A stretch of 44,669 nucleotides of DNA from Bacteroidota bacterium (GTDB taxonomy: Bacteria > Bacteroidota > Bacteroidia > Bacteroidales > GCA-2748055): assembly GCA_003648635.1 (NCBI GenBank), contig QMPQ01000003.1, positions 1 to 44,669 on the forward strand, read 5' to 3'. Shown here one piece after another: positions 28,107 to 37,169 of the stretch. Both the position numbers and the translations under genes were made by a program. Numbering within the stretch: the first letter of the stretch is position 1; the number at the start of each line of letters is the position of its first letter. The notes beneath the pieces were generated by a model. It was not told the origin of the DNA. It saw only the letters and a program-made list of their open reading frames with translations, and did not search any database.

Positions 28107-29596
28107 TTATTCTTATCGTTTGATTCAAGTTTAATCAGGTTGTTGATGATCTGTTCAGCCTGTTCAGGTGTGACCCGCTTGGCAACAATTTTTTTATCCC
28201 GGTCAAGCACAAAGAGCTGCGGATAGCTTTGCAGGTTATACAATTGTCGGAACTCATTACTATAGGGACTCCAGCAATTTATCCATCCAAGGAGCTGGTT
28301 TTCATTGACAAAATCGACCCACTTCTCTTTTCCCTCAACGGAGTTGAGTACATGAACGGAGATAAGCTCCACCCCTTTATCTTTCATCCTGGTGTATACT
28401 TCGTGCAGGGCTGGTGTTGATTTTTTACAATGCCCACAGTCGGCCTCCCAGAAATACAGGATGGTATAGGAGGCTTCAACATCATACATATAGAAATCAT
28501 GCCCGATATGGGGATCCCGCTTAATGGCTGTATCCTGCATAGCCATTCCAAAATGTTCATCAGGGACCTGACGCAGGATCAGGTTAGGGGCCGGCTGGCC
28601 AATTAATGTGGGTTTGTTGAGGGCCAGGTTTTCTTTCAGCTTGTCCAGAAACTCCGGGTTGCTCCAGGTGGCATCGGGAATGTAGTAATACTCAGCTATG
28701 TGAAAGTAGACTCCATCCATTCCAATAAACTTACTCTCTGCAAAGTGATTGAAAAGGGTGATCAGCATATACCTGTAAAGCTCAAGTTCCTTTTTGGACC
28801 CGCTAAGCAGGTAATCAACAGCAACAATGAGTGAATCGGGGTGTTGTGGTACGGCCCTGGTCAGGTAGTTCATAATTTTACCTTCATAGAGCGGGGTGTG
28901 TAAAAGCCTGACATTAAAGGGATCAAAACGATCAAAGTAGTGTTCCCTGTAGTAGAAGAAGCGGATGGAGTCATCGTACCTTCTCTCCCCTGTTAGCATG
29001 GATTCAGGCGGAAGGGGTTCCCTGGTGGCACCAATAAAATCTGTGACAAACAGCTGTGGGTACTTTGCCTCTATCTGGTCCATATAGGTCTCCATCTCCT
29101 TATTGATTAGCTTTTGCTGAGTAAGGATCTCAGTACTATCTGCTGAGCTGGAGGCGTTGTTATACATGGATGTGAGCTTCTCAAGCTCCCCTCTTTTTTC
29201 CTGAAGGAAGGACTTATACTCCTGGAATATCCGGTTGTCATCCGAATCCCTGAAGCTGATGCTCCTTACAAGATCGGCAGTATCAGCATGGATGGAGAGG
29301 TCCTGATCGTCTCCAAGCAGCAGGTCAAAATAATGAGCAGGATCGACGTAGACCAGGTAGAGTCCGCCGGTAAACGCTTCCTTACCTTCAAAAATCCCCT
29401 GGCCTTTCTGATCCAGTACTATGGTATCTTTAGGGATCATCCGTGAGGTGAAATACTCTCCAAGAATAAGGGTGTCGTTTGAGAGTCCTTTTATTTCAAC
29501 TTCAATCCGGTATCCCTGTGCCGACATGGAGGAGGAGAAGAGAAGTATCACTGAAAGCAAGGATAAAAATCCCTTTCGAAATGTCATCAATTGCAT
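28103..29596 (-). CDS. Exported TlpA-like thioredoxin-domain protein (DUF4369/DUF5106-like N-terminal domains)
   Basis: Signal peptide ...SSSMSA|Q, IGQPAPNL, YFWEADCGHCKK (CxxC) and YNLQSYPQLFVLD (cis-Pro loop). A TAACTTTG -7 element lies at 29612-29619 on the minus strand. Confidence 0.82.
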   Translation of the reverse strand: MQLMTFRKGFLSLLSVILLFSSSMSAQGYRIEVEIKGLSNDTLILGEYFTSRMIPKDTIVLDQKGQGIFEGKEAFTGGLYLVYVDPAHYFDLLLGDDQDLSIHADTADLVRSISFRDSDDNRIFQEYKSFLQEKRGELEKLTSMYNNASSSADSTEILTQQKLINKEMETYMDQIEAKYPQLFVTDFIGATREPLPPESMLTGERRYDDSIRFFYYREHYFDRFDPFNVRLLHTPLYEGKIMNYLTRAVPQHPDSLIVAVDYLLSGSKKELELYRYMLITLFNHFAESKFIGMDGVYFHIAEYYYIPDATWSNPEFLDKLKENLALNKPTLIGQPAPNLILRQVPDEHFGMAMQDTAIKRDPHIGHDFYMYDVEASYTILYFWEADCGHCKKSTPALHEVYTRMKDKGVELISVHVLNSVEGKEKWVDFVNENQLLGWINCWSPYSNEFRQLYNLQSYPQLFVLDRDKKIVAKRVTPEQAEQIINNLIKLESNDKNK

Positions 29597-29692
29597 CTTT
29601 TAAAAATCGGTCAAAGTTAATGATTCTATTTTAAAACATATCGTACAATCACCATGCCACGCTTAGGCGAAAATCATTAACTTGTCTTCACT

Positions 29693-30667
29693 ATGTATAC
29701 ACTCCTTGAAGCACAGAACCTGGTTGAGAAGCATATTCAAACCCTAAACATTCCGGATACACCGCCTGAATTGTATGAGCCTGTCAGGTATATCCTTTCC
29801 ATTGGAGGGAAGCGGATCAGACCCGCTCTTGTGATTCTGGCCTGTGATATGTTTGACGGAGACGTGGCATCTGCACTTATTCCGGCTGTAGCCATTGAGA
29901 TCTTTCACAATTTTACCCTCTTGCATGATGATATCATGGACCGTTCTGAGCGGAGAAGAGGCAGCCCGACAGTGCATGTCAAATACAATGAGAACGTAGC
30001 CATTCTTTCAGGCGATGTTATGTCTATTTTGGCCAGTCGCCTGATGAACCAGGCTCCAGGGGTAGTGCTGAATGTTGTCCATGAAGTTTTTACCAAGACG
30101 GCCATGCAGGTATGTGAAGGCCAGCAGATGGATATGAATTTTGAGGAGGTCCTCTCTGTCTCAGAGGAGGAATATCTCACCATGATAGAGTTAAAAACGG
30201 CCGTATTAATAGCTGCCAGTCTGAAGATTGGAGCCATCCTGGGAGGTTCTTCCCAGAGAGATGCTGAAGACCTGTATGAATTTGGGAAAAACCTGGGTAT
30301 TGCTTTTCAACTGCAGGATGACCTGCTTGATACCTTCGGCGACCCGGCGGTGATGGGTAAGAACCGGGGAACAGATATTGTGGATAATAAGAAGACCTTC
30401 CTGGTGATCCAGGCACTGGAAGCGGCTTCACCTACTCAAAAAGAGGAGCTTATTGGGTGGCTCAAAGAGAAAAATTTTAACCCGGAAGAGAAGATCGAAG
30501 CGATCACTGCTATCTTTGATGCCCTGGGTGTCAAAAAGCTTACAGAGAATAGAATCCGAAGCTATTATCAGCATGCACTTACCAACCTGGAAAACCTGAA
30601 TAGACCAGAAGAGGGCAAGACAGAACTATACAACTTCGCCTCTTTTCTTATGAACCGAAACCGCTAA
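29693..30667 (+). CDS. ispA: Short-chain trans-polyprenyl diphosphate synthase (IspA/GGPP synthase family)
   Basis: GGKRIRP, first Asp-rich motif HNFTLLHDDIMD...RRG (Phe five residues upstream implies a short product), GQQMD, KTA and second motif FQLQDDLLD. Confidence 0.9.
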   Translation: MYTLLEAQNLVEKHIQTLNIPDTPPELYEPVRYILSIGGKRIRPALVILACDMFDGDVASALIPAVAIEIFHNFTLLHDDIMDRSERRRGSPTVHVKYNENVAILSGDVMSILASRLMNQAPGVVLNVVHEVFTKTAMQVCEGQQMDMNFEEVLSVSEEEYLTMIELKTAVLIAASLKIGAILGGSSQRDAEDLYEFGKNLGIAFQLQDDLLDTFGDPAVMGKNRGTDIVDNKKTFLVIQALEAASPTQKEELIGWLKEKNFNPEEKIEAITAIFDALGVKKLTENRIRSYYQHALTNLENLNRPEEGKTELYNFASFLMNRNR

Positions 30668-33600
30668 TTCCAAGTTCCAGCAATAAATCCTCCTGTTGAT
30701 AATTCTGGAGAAGGATTCTTAACTCCTCCATCTGGAACATGGCCTCATTGATTTCTCGCTGAATGGACGATCTGTGCCGTGCCTTCATGGCATTGTAATA
30801 GCTTACTTCTTTACTCAGGTTCTGGTAATGCTCTGATAGTATGAGATTGGCTTTCTCTGCCTCAGCACACAGGTAATAGGCCTCAATAATCCCTTCATGG
30901 TGGATCACTCCTCCATCTCTGTTTGGCATGGTGATCCCGGTAACAAACTGGTCGTAGGGAAGTACCCTGGAGGGGGCCAGCTCCATGCAGCGGTCCAGAA
31001 CTTCTACGGCCCGTTCCCGGTCTCCCTCCTGCAGCAGTTGCATAGCCAGTCGGGTATATAGGCTTCGAAAACGAATCACCGACAAGGTGCGAATGGTATA
31101 ATAGTCAAGCTGCACATCCTCCGCATTCATCCTGCCCCACTCAAACTGATTCATCAGCCTTTTATACAGGGTATCGGTATCGATATCGCCCATCACCAGA
31201 ATACTTTCATAAGGAGTTCTAAGAGGTACCAGCCGGTAGGCCAATCCCTCGTTCCGGTAAAACTCTTCCAGGCCAAGCGATCCGTCAAAACCACCTGATG
31301 TATAGTATATGGGACGTTTCCACTTGTTGGAACTTATTATATCCAGCTGCCCGAGATTGTTTTTCAGGATCTGGCCATTGGGTTCCAGTTGAATGGGAAT
31401 CTGTTTTTCAATTCTGTGAGCGTCTTCCCGGGCTACGGTGCCATTGGAGACCACCGTGGCTGAATCTGTCTGAAGAATCAGTTGATGGGTGGGAATAAAG
31501 TTGACCTGTTGTCCGCTTCGCAGCTTCACCTTGGTATCGGGATTATCGCTCTTCATAAAGTTGAGCATATAATCTGTAGTGGCCCGTTGATTGTGCTCTC
31601 TAACAAAGATGCTGTTTCCCGGAATGGCTTCGTATTTGCTCTGGGGGATGGTAAAGGGAAGCGGCTCTGAATCATAATTCTTCCATCTGGCCTGATCAAT
31701 ATACCAGTCCATATTAAATAGCATCATATTGACAATGCGGACATCTTCCCTGACGCCCTCCACATCCTGTACATACCAGAGCGGGAAGGTGTCATTATCC
31801 CCTACTGTAAAGAGCACAGCATTTTCGCTACACGAATTCAGGTAGTTTTTGGCTATATCCCGCGCAGTATACCGGCCGGAGCGATCATGATCATCCCAGT
31901 TCTGTGTGGCCATCACTAAGGGTACGGCCACAAGACTGATAAGTGTTGCAAGGATGGCAGAAAGATTTGCCTTAAGCTTTGAATGCAGAACCTGATATAG
32001 CCCTGCCACACCCATTCCAATCCAGATGGCAAATGCATAGAAAGAGCCTGCAAAGGCATAGTCTCGTTCCCGGGGTTGGTAGGGAGTTTGGTTAAGGTAG
32101 ATGACGATGGCAATCCCGGTAAGTATAAACAGGCTCAGGACCACCAGAAAATCGCGGGGACGCTTGTCCAGTTGGAAAAACAGGCCCATTAGTCCAAGCA
32201 AGAGGGGTAGGAAGAAATATGTGTTTCTGGCCGGATGATTTTTCATCTGATCGGGCAGCATCTTCTGTGGCCCGATCCTGGCCGAATCGAGGAAGGCGAT
32301 CCCGCTGATCCAGTTTCCGTTCAAAACGTTTCCATGTCCCTGGATATCGTTTTGCCGGCCAGTAAAATTCCACATAAAATAACGCAGATACATATGTCCG
32401 ATCTGGTAACGGAACAGGAACTCCAGGTTGTCCAGGAAAGTGGGACTAGCTGGATTATTTATGGTAGCGAACTCCTGGTATGCCTGCCTGTGTGTACCGT
32501 TACGGCTATACATGCGAGGAAGCAGCACCTTGCTGCCTCTCATTACTACCTCGGGTTTGCGGTAGGCTATTTCATATTTGTTTTCCTCTTTGTTCAGTTT
32601 GTAGACTGGTTTTTTGTAGACCAGGTTCTCAACTTCTGCATTGTACTGGTGACCAAGAATGAGTGGGCGGTCCCCGTATTGCTCCCGGTTCAGGTAGGAG
32701 AGAAGTGCAAAGACATTTTCCGGACGGTTTTCATTCATGGGTGGACCAGCCAGGGAGCGTATGACGATCAGTGCATAGGAAGAGTAACCGATTACGATTA
32801 CAGTGATGCCCAAAAGTACTGTATTCCAAAGAATATTTTTTTTCACAAACTGGGTCCTGTAGATTCCATAGATCAGCGCACCCAGAAGGAGGAATACATA
32901 GATGACGACGCCTACATTGTAGTGCAATCCAACAGTATTGGTAAAGAACTTTTCAACGACAGTAGCCACTTTGACAATTCCCGGGATAACCCCATACATG
33001 ATCAAGAGGAGAATCACCACAGCTACCCCCAGTGCTTTGAAAATTCCATTGCGTGTCACTTTCGGGGATTTTTTGAAATAATAGACCAGTACAATGGCAG
33101 GGATGGCCAGAAGGTTCAGAAGGTGTACCCCTATGGAGAGGCCAATAAGGTATGCAATCAGTATCAGCCATCGATTGGCTCCTGGCTCGTCGGCCACATT
33201 CTCCCACTTGAGAATGGCCCAGAAAACAAGTGCTGTAAAGAGGGAAGACGTGGCATATACCTCTCCTTCAACAGCTGAGAACCAGAAGGAGTCCGAGAAG
33301 GTGTAAGCCATGGCGCCGACAAAGGAACCCCCCAAAATAACAATCATATTAGCAGTGGAGACCTTGCCCGATGCATCATGGAATACTTTCTTCAGCAGGT
33401 GAGAGATGGTCCAGAAGAGGAAGAGAATGGTAAAAGCACTGGCGAAGGCAGAAACTGCATTGATCAACATGGCCACCTTTCCGGTATCGGAGGTAAAGAG
33501 CGAGAAGATCCTTCCAAGGAGCATAAAAAATGGTGCTCCGGGGGGATGGCCTACCTGAAGCTTATAAGAACTGGCAATAAACTCACCACAGTCCCACAGG

Positions 33601-33692
33601 CTAACGGTAGGTTCAAGGGTAAGAAGATAGACTAAGAGGGCGATGGCGAAGCTTACCCAGCCCATCAGAAGGTTCATGTTCTTAAACTGCAT
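30648..33692 (-). CDS. DUF2723 / TMEM260-like multi-pass membrane protein (GT-C-like glycosyltransferase candidate)
   Basis: TLEPTVSLWDCGEFI, VGHPPGAP, SDSFWFSAVEGEVYA, GVHLLNLL, QPRERDY, NWDDHDRS and GDNDTFPLWY motifs, more than 10 TM segments and a C-terminal TPR-like region. 1014 aa. Confidence 0.88.
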   Translation of the reverse strand: MQFKNMNLLMGWVSFAIALLVYLLTLEPTVSLWDCGEFIASSYKLQVGHPPGAPFFMLLGRIFSLFTSDTGKVAMLINAVSAFASAFTILFLFWTISHLLKKVFHDASGKVSTANMIVILGGSFVGAMAYTFSDSFWFSAVEGEVYATSSLFTALVFWAILKWENVADEPGANRWLILIAYLIGLSIGVHLLNLLAIPAIVLVYYFKKSPKVTRNGIFKALGVAVVILLLIMYGVIPGIVKVATVVEKFFTNTVGLHYNVGVVIYVFLLLGALIYGIYRTQFVKKNILWNTVLLGITVIVIGYSSYALIVIRSLAGPPMNENRPENVFALLSYLNREQYGDRPLILGHQYNAEVENLVYKKPVYKLNKEENKYEIAYRKPEVVMRGSKVLLPRMYSRNGTHRQAYQEFATINNPASPTFLDNLEFLFRYQIGHMYLRYFMWNFTGRQNDIQGHGNVLNGNWISGIAFLDSARIGPQKMLPDQMKNHPARNTYFFLPLLLGLMGLFFQLDKRPRDFLVVLSLFILTGIAIVIYLNQTPYQPRERDYAFAGSFYAFAIWIGMGVAGLYQVLHSKLKANLSAILATLISLVAVPLVMATQNWDDHDRSGRYTARDIAKNYLNSCSENAVLFTVGDNDTFPLWYVQDVEGVREDVRIVNMMLFNMDWYIDQARWKNYDSEPLPFTIPQSKYEAIPGNSIFVREHNQRATTDYMLNFMKSDNPDTKVKLRSGQQVNFIPTHQLILQTDSATVVSNGTVAREDAHRIEKQIPIQLEPNGQILKNNLGQLDIISSNKWKRPIYYTSGGFDGSLGLEEFYRNEGLAYRLVPLRTPYESILVMGDIDTDTLYKRLMNQFEWGRMNAEDVQLDYYTIRTLSVIRFRSLYTRLAMQLLQEGDRERAVEVLDRCMELAPSRVLPYDQFVTGITMPNRDGGVIHHEGIIEAYYLCAEAEKANLILSEHYQNLSKEVSYYNAMKARHRSSIQREINEAMFQMEELRILLQNYQQEDLLLELGISGFGS

Positions 33693-33781
33693 ATGGCACT
33701 TGGATTCCTATATTAGTTTGGCTGGCACGAATTTAACGCTTTTTTTAGCACTGCTGCCAAAAAACATTTTTTTTGAAAATC

Positions 33782-33812
33782 TTGACATATATGAAATGGA
33801 AATATATATTTG
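33782..33812 (+). promoter_or_regulatory. Bacteroidota -33/-7 promoter upstream of the SUI1-like gene
   Basis: TTG at 33782-33784 and TATATTTG at 33805-33812, with a 20-nt spacer. Confidence 0.6.
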
Positions 33813-33834
33813 TTGTTCATTAAATCCAAAGTAC

Positions 33835-34182
33835 ATGACTTTAAAAGGAATGAACGACCTGGATCAACCCCTCTACACGGACTATCCCGAATTTGAATTT
33901 GAATATGCTAACGTCCAGGAGCCTAAGACGCTGCCTCCTGAAAAACAAAACCTCCTGGTAGGACTTGACAGGCGGAAGATGGATGGTGCGCCCATCACCT
34001 ACATTACAGGTTTTGTGGGCCGACGCATCGACCTGCTAAAGGTTGAGGAAGAACTTACAGGCGTATGCCATACCTGCGGTTCTGCAAAAATGTACGACAT
34101 AGTATTAAAAGGGGATGTTCGTAAACGTGCCTATATTTATCTTCGAAACAGCGGATATAAAGTGAAATTTGCAGAGAACTAA
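33835..34182 (+). CDS. Divergent SUI1/eIF1-like (YciH) translation initiation factor homologue
   Basis: LYTDYPEFEFE...KTLPPEKQNLLVGLDRR...ITYITGFVG...CHTCGSAK...IVLKGD...LRNSGY follows the Bacteroidota SUI1 layout. Start at ATG 33835 or 33850. The ORF-track start at 33643 runs through promoter DNA. Confidence 0.75.
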   Translation: MTLKGMNDLDQPLYTDYPEFEFEYANVQEPKTLPPEKQNLLVGLDRRKMDGAPITYITGFVGRRIDLLKVEEELTGVCHTCGSAKMYDIVLKGDVRKRAYIYLRNSGYKVKFAEN

Positions 34183-37078
34183 GCTTTCATTATATAAATT
34201 GTACGGGAAAGGCAGAATGATCTTCATTCTGCTTTTGTTTATTTCGGCCGGATCGAAGGCTCAATTCTATGAGTACGGACAGGATGCCGGATCTCTGAAG
34301 TGGTACCAGTTCCGATCTCCGCACTATACTGTGATCCACCCGGATGGAGTGGATAGCCTGGCACATGCTTTTGCCAGGAAACTTGAACATTACTACCCCT
34401 ATCTGGGGAAGGACCTTGATCACCGCCATAGTCATATGCCGGTGGTGATCCACAACGAATCGAGCTTCTCAAACGGGGTTTTTGCCTGGGCACCCAAGCG
34501 TCTGGAAATTTTTACCAATCCTGATCCCAATGGTTATTACCAGGACTGGCTGACTCAACTGGCTCTTCATGAGGGTAGGCATGCTGTGCAGATCGATAAA
34601 TTGAACCAGGGCTTTACAAAGGGACTTAGCTATCTTGGTGGAGAACAGGCTGTGGGAGCTATGGCTATATTCTTGCCATACTGGTACCTGGAGGGTGATG
34701 CGGTGGATTCAGAGACCAGGCTCTCTGCGACAGGCAGAGGGAGGCAGCCCTCTTTTGAGATGGGGATAAAGGCGCAATTACTGGAGGCAGACAGACTCTG
34801 GTCCTTCTCCAAGGCAACCATGGGTTCCTACAAGAATTATATACCCAATCACTACCAGCTGGGCTACCTGATGGTCAGGCATGGGAGAAGAACTTACGGA
34901 GATAAATTCTGGATCGACTTTCAGCTCTATGCTGCCAGGAAGCCATTTCTGCTAAATCCCACCTGGTTTAGTATGAAACAGTATGGCTTCAAATCAAAAA
35001 AGCAGTTTTACAAGGAGGCACTAAGCTCTTATCATAAGCACTGGCTGTCCACAGCTATAGAGCGTCCATATACTCCTCTGACCAACTGGAATTTAGAGCG
35101 TGAGCGTCATTATACCTCTTATACCTTTCCGCATGCGCTTTCAAAATCAAGAATGCTGACCTTGAAAACCGGAATGGATCAGATTCCTGAGCTTGTACTT
35201 ATTGAACGCCCTGGCAGGGAAAAACGTCTTTTCCGTCCGGGTTTTTTGAATTCAGGAAGGATCTCTTACTCTGGAGGCAAAATTGTCTGGGATGAATTTA
35301 TTCCAGATACGCGCTGGAGTAACAGGAACTACTCAGTGATCCGAAGTTATGATCTGTCCACCGGTAAGGTAAGCAATCTGGGAAAAAGGACCAGGTATTT
35401 CTCTCCTGCCATTTCGGGCAATGGTACCCGGATTGTTGCGGTGGAGCAAACAGAGAAGCAGCAATTTAACCTGACGATTCTTCATATGGACGGCACCAGG
35501 GAAGAAGTAATTCCTTCTCCCGGAAACCGTTTCCTGCAGCAACCCTGCTGGATGGAGAACGATTCTGCAATTGTGGTTCTGGTTTCGGGCGATTCGGGAA
35601 AATCGCTTTACAGATATTCCCTTCAGTCGGGATCATGGACCAGGTTATTTGATGCCGGGAGAGATGATATCTCCTATCCTGTTGTACATAGGGAGCATAT
35701 CTTTTTTAGCGGGACCTTCTCGGGCATTGATAATATCTATTGCTATGATATGGGTAAAGAGCAGGCATTTCAGCTTACCTCCTCCCGATTTGGGGCTTTT
35801 CATCCACAGCTTAGCTCCGATGGCTCAACACTACTCTACTCCAACTACACCTCAAATGGATATGGAGCAAGCACCCTCGATCTGGAGGAGGGGCTTTGGA
35901 TACCAATAGACGAGGTTCGGGATCACAAGGAGCAGATCGATTATAAGCAGACTCCGGAGGAGGTCCTGATCGATCAGCTTCCAAACAATGAGGATTCCCT
36001 TGAGTTTGATACGAAGAGATATCGAAAGGCTTTGCATCTTTTTAATTTCCACTCCTGGTTACCGTTTTATTTTGATTACCTGAATCCTGAGCTCACACTG
36101 GATCCGGAAGAACTGCCCGTAAGTCTTGGGGTTTCACTTATTTCCCAAAACAAACTAAGCACTGCGGTGAGTCAACTGGGCTATGAATATAAAGACGGTT
36201 ATCATATGTTCCACTCCGGTATCAAGTTTAATGGAAGGTACCCCGTTGTTAACCTCTATTTTGATTATGGCGGAGAACCCAATGTCTTACTAATTGCAGA
36301 GGGTGATTCGGTGATAAGTCTTCCACAGGCACTTGGTTTTACGGCTCAAACCTATGTGCCTTTCAGGCTCAATACAGGTAAATTCCTGTCCCTGATTCAA
36401 CCGGGAATCGATTACTTCTACCGGCGGGATATTCAGTATAATGAGAGCCAGGAGAGTTACCAGCAAGGAGCACATTACCTCTACTATAAGCTCTATGCGA
36501 CCTCCTACCTGAGAAAGGGTATAAAAGAGATCCTGCCTCGTGTTGGGATCACTGTAAATGGAGGGTACTATCATGCTCCCTTCAGCCAGTTGTTTGGTTC
36601 GGTGGCCATAGGGGGGATCACCACCTATCTTCCCGGTCCATTGAAACATCAGACCATCAGGTTAGCTGTCACTTACCAGCAACAATTTCCCCTGAGTATG
36701 TCTCGGCCGGCATTTATCAATCTAATGGCTATGCCCAGGGGATTGCAGCAGGTGGTCTATGGAGAAATACTCACCAGGTACAGTGCCGATTATGTGTTAC
36801 CCATACTCTATCCCGATCTTGAAATAGGATCTCTACTCTACCTGAAAAGAATCAGAGGAGCATTGTGGACCGATTACCTGGCGGGGACCAATGTAATCAT
36901 CCATGATCCGGAGCCCCATTATGAAGATAGAACTTATATGACCTGCGGAATAGATCTGGTAGCAGATATGAATATTTTCAGAATCACTTTTCCTCTGTCA
37001 CTTGGGGGAAGATTGACCTATGAGCCCGAAACCGGCCGTGTCGGTTTTGAGGGCATTTTCTCCATCGATGTGGATTAG
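34169..37078 (+). CDS. Outer-membrane protein with N-terminal zinc metallopeptidase (HExxH), TolB/WD40-like beta-propeller and C-terminal beta-barrel
   Basis: Signal peptide ...AGSKA|Q, LALHEGRH plus WYLEGDAV (gluzincin ligands), PD40-like repeats (YFSPAISGNG, AFHPQLSSDG, GIDNIY) and aromatic beta-strands over the last ~350 aa. TTG start is uncertain. Confidence 0.72.
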   Translation: MQRTKLSLYKLYGKGRMIFILLLFISAGSKAQFYEYGQDAGSLKWYQFRSPHYTVIHPDGVDSLAHAFARKLEHYYPYLGKDLDHRHSHMPVVIHNESSFSNGVFAWAPKRLEIFTNPDPNGYYQDWLTQLALHEGRHAVQIDKLNQGFTKGLSYLGGEQAVGAMAIFLPYWYLEGDAVDSETRLSATGRGRQPSFEMGIKAQLLEADRLWSFSKATMGSYKNYIPNHYQLGYLMVRHGRRTYGDKFWIDFQLYAARKPFLLNPTWFSMKQYGFKSKKQFYKEALSSYHKHWLSTAIERPYTPLTNWNLERERHYTSYTFPHALSKSRMLTLKTGMDQIPELVLIERPGREKRLFRPGFLNSGRISYSGGKIVWDEFIPDTRWSNRNYSVIRSYDLSTGKVSNLGKRTRYFSPAISGNGTRIVAVEQTEKQQFNLTILHMDGTREEVIPSPGNRFLQQPCWMENDSAIVVLVSGDSGKSLYRYSLQSGSWTRLFDAGRDDISYPVVHREHIFFSGTFSGIDNIYCYDMGKEQAFQLTSSRFGAFHPQLSSDGSTLLYSNYTSNGYGASTLDLEEGLWIPIDEVRDHKEQIDYKQTPEEVLIDQLPNNEDSLEFDTKRYRKALHLFNFHSWLPFYFDYLNPELTLDPEELPVSLGVSLISQNKLSTAVSQLGYEYKDGYHMFHSGIKFNGRYPVVNLYFDYGGEPNVLLIAEGDSVISLPQALGFTAQTYVPFRLNTGKFLSLIQPGIDYFYRRDIQYNESQESYQQGAHYLYYKLYATSYLRKGIKEILPRVGITVNGGYYHAPFSQLFGSVAIGGITTYLPGPLKHQTIRLAVTYQQQFPLSMSRPAFINLMAMPRGLQQVVYGEILTRYSADYVLPILYPDLEIGSLLYLKRIRGALWTDYLAGTNVIIHDPEPHYEDRTYMTCGIDLVADMNIFRITFPLSLGGRLTYEPETGRVGFEGIFSIDVD

Positions 37079-37169
37079 TTCCCCGAAGCTTACTCTTTTT
37101 TACGTAAAAACTTAGGAAATAACCAATAGATAATTGAGATGTTGTATTAACATCTTAATTTTGCAGCGC

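Noticed and set aside
32235-33278. 347-aa plus-strand ORF antisense to the DUF2723 gene
   Set aside because: No recognisable motifs. It lies wholly within a well-conserved gene on the opposite strand and is best explained as a shadow ORF.
33695-33738. TGGCAC hexamers near the DUF2723 start as sigma54 promoters
   Set aside because: Neither has a correctly spaced TTGC/TTGA -12 element. The minus-strand TAAATTCG there fits a housekeeping -7 element better.
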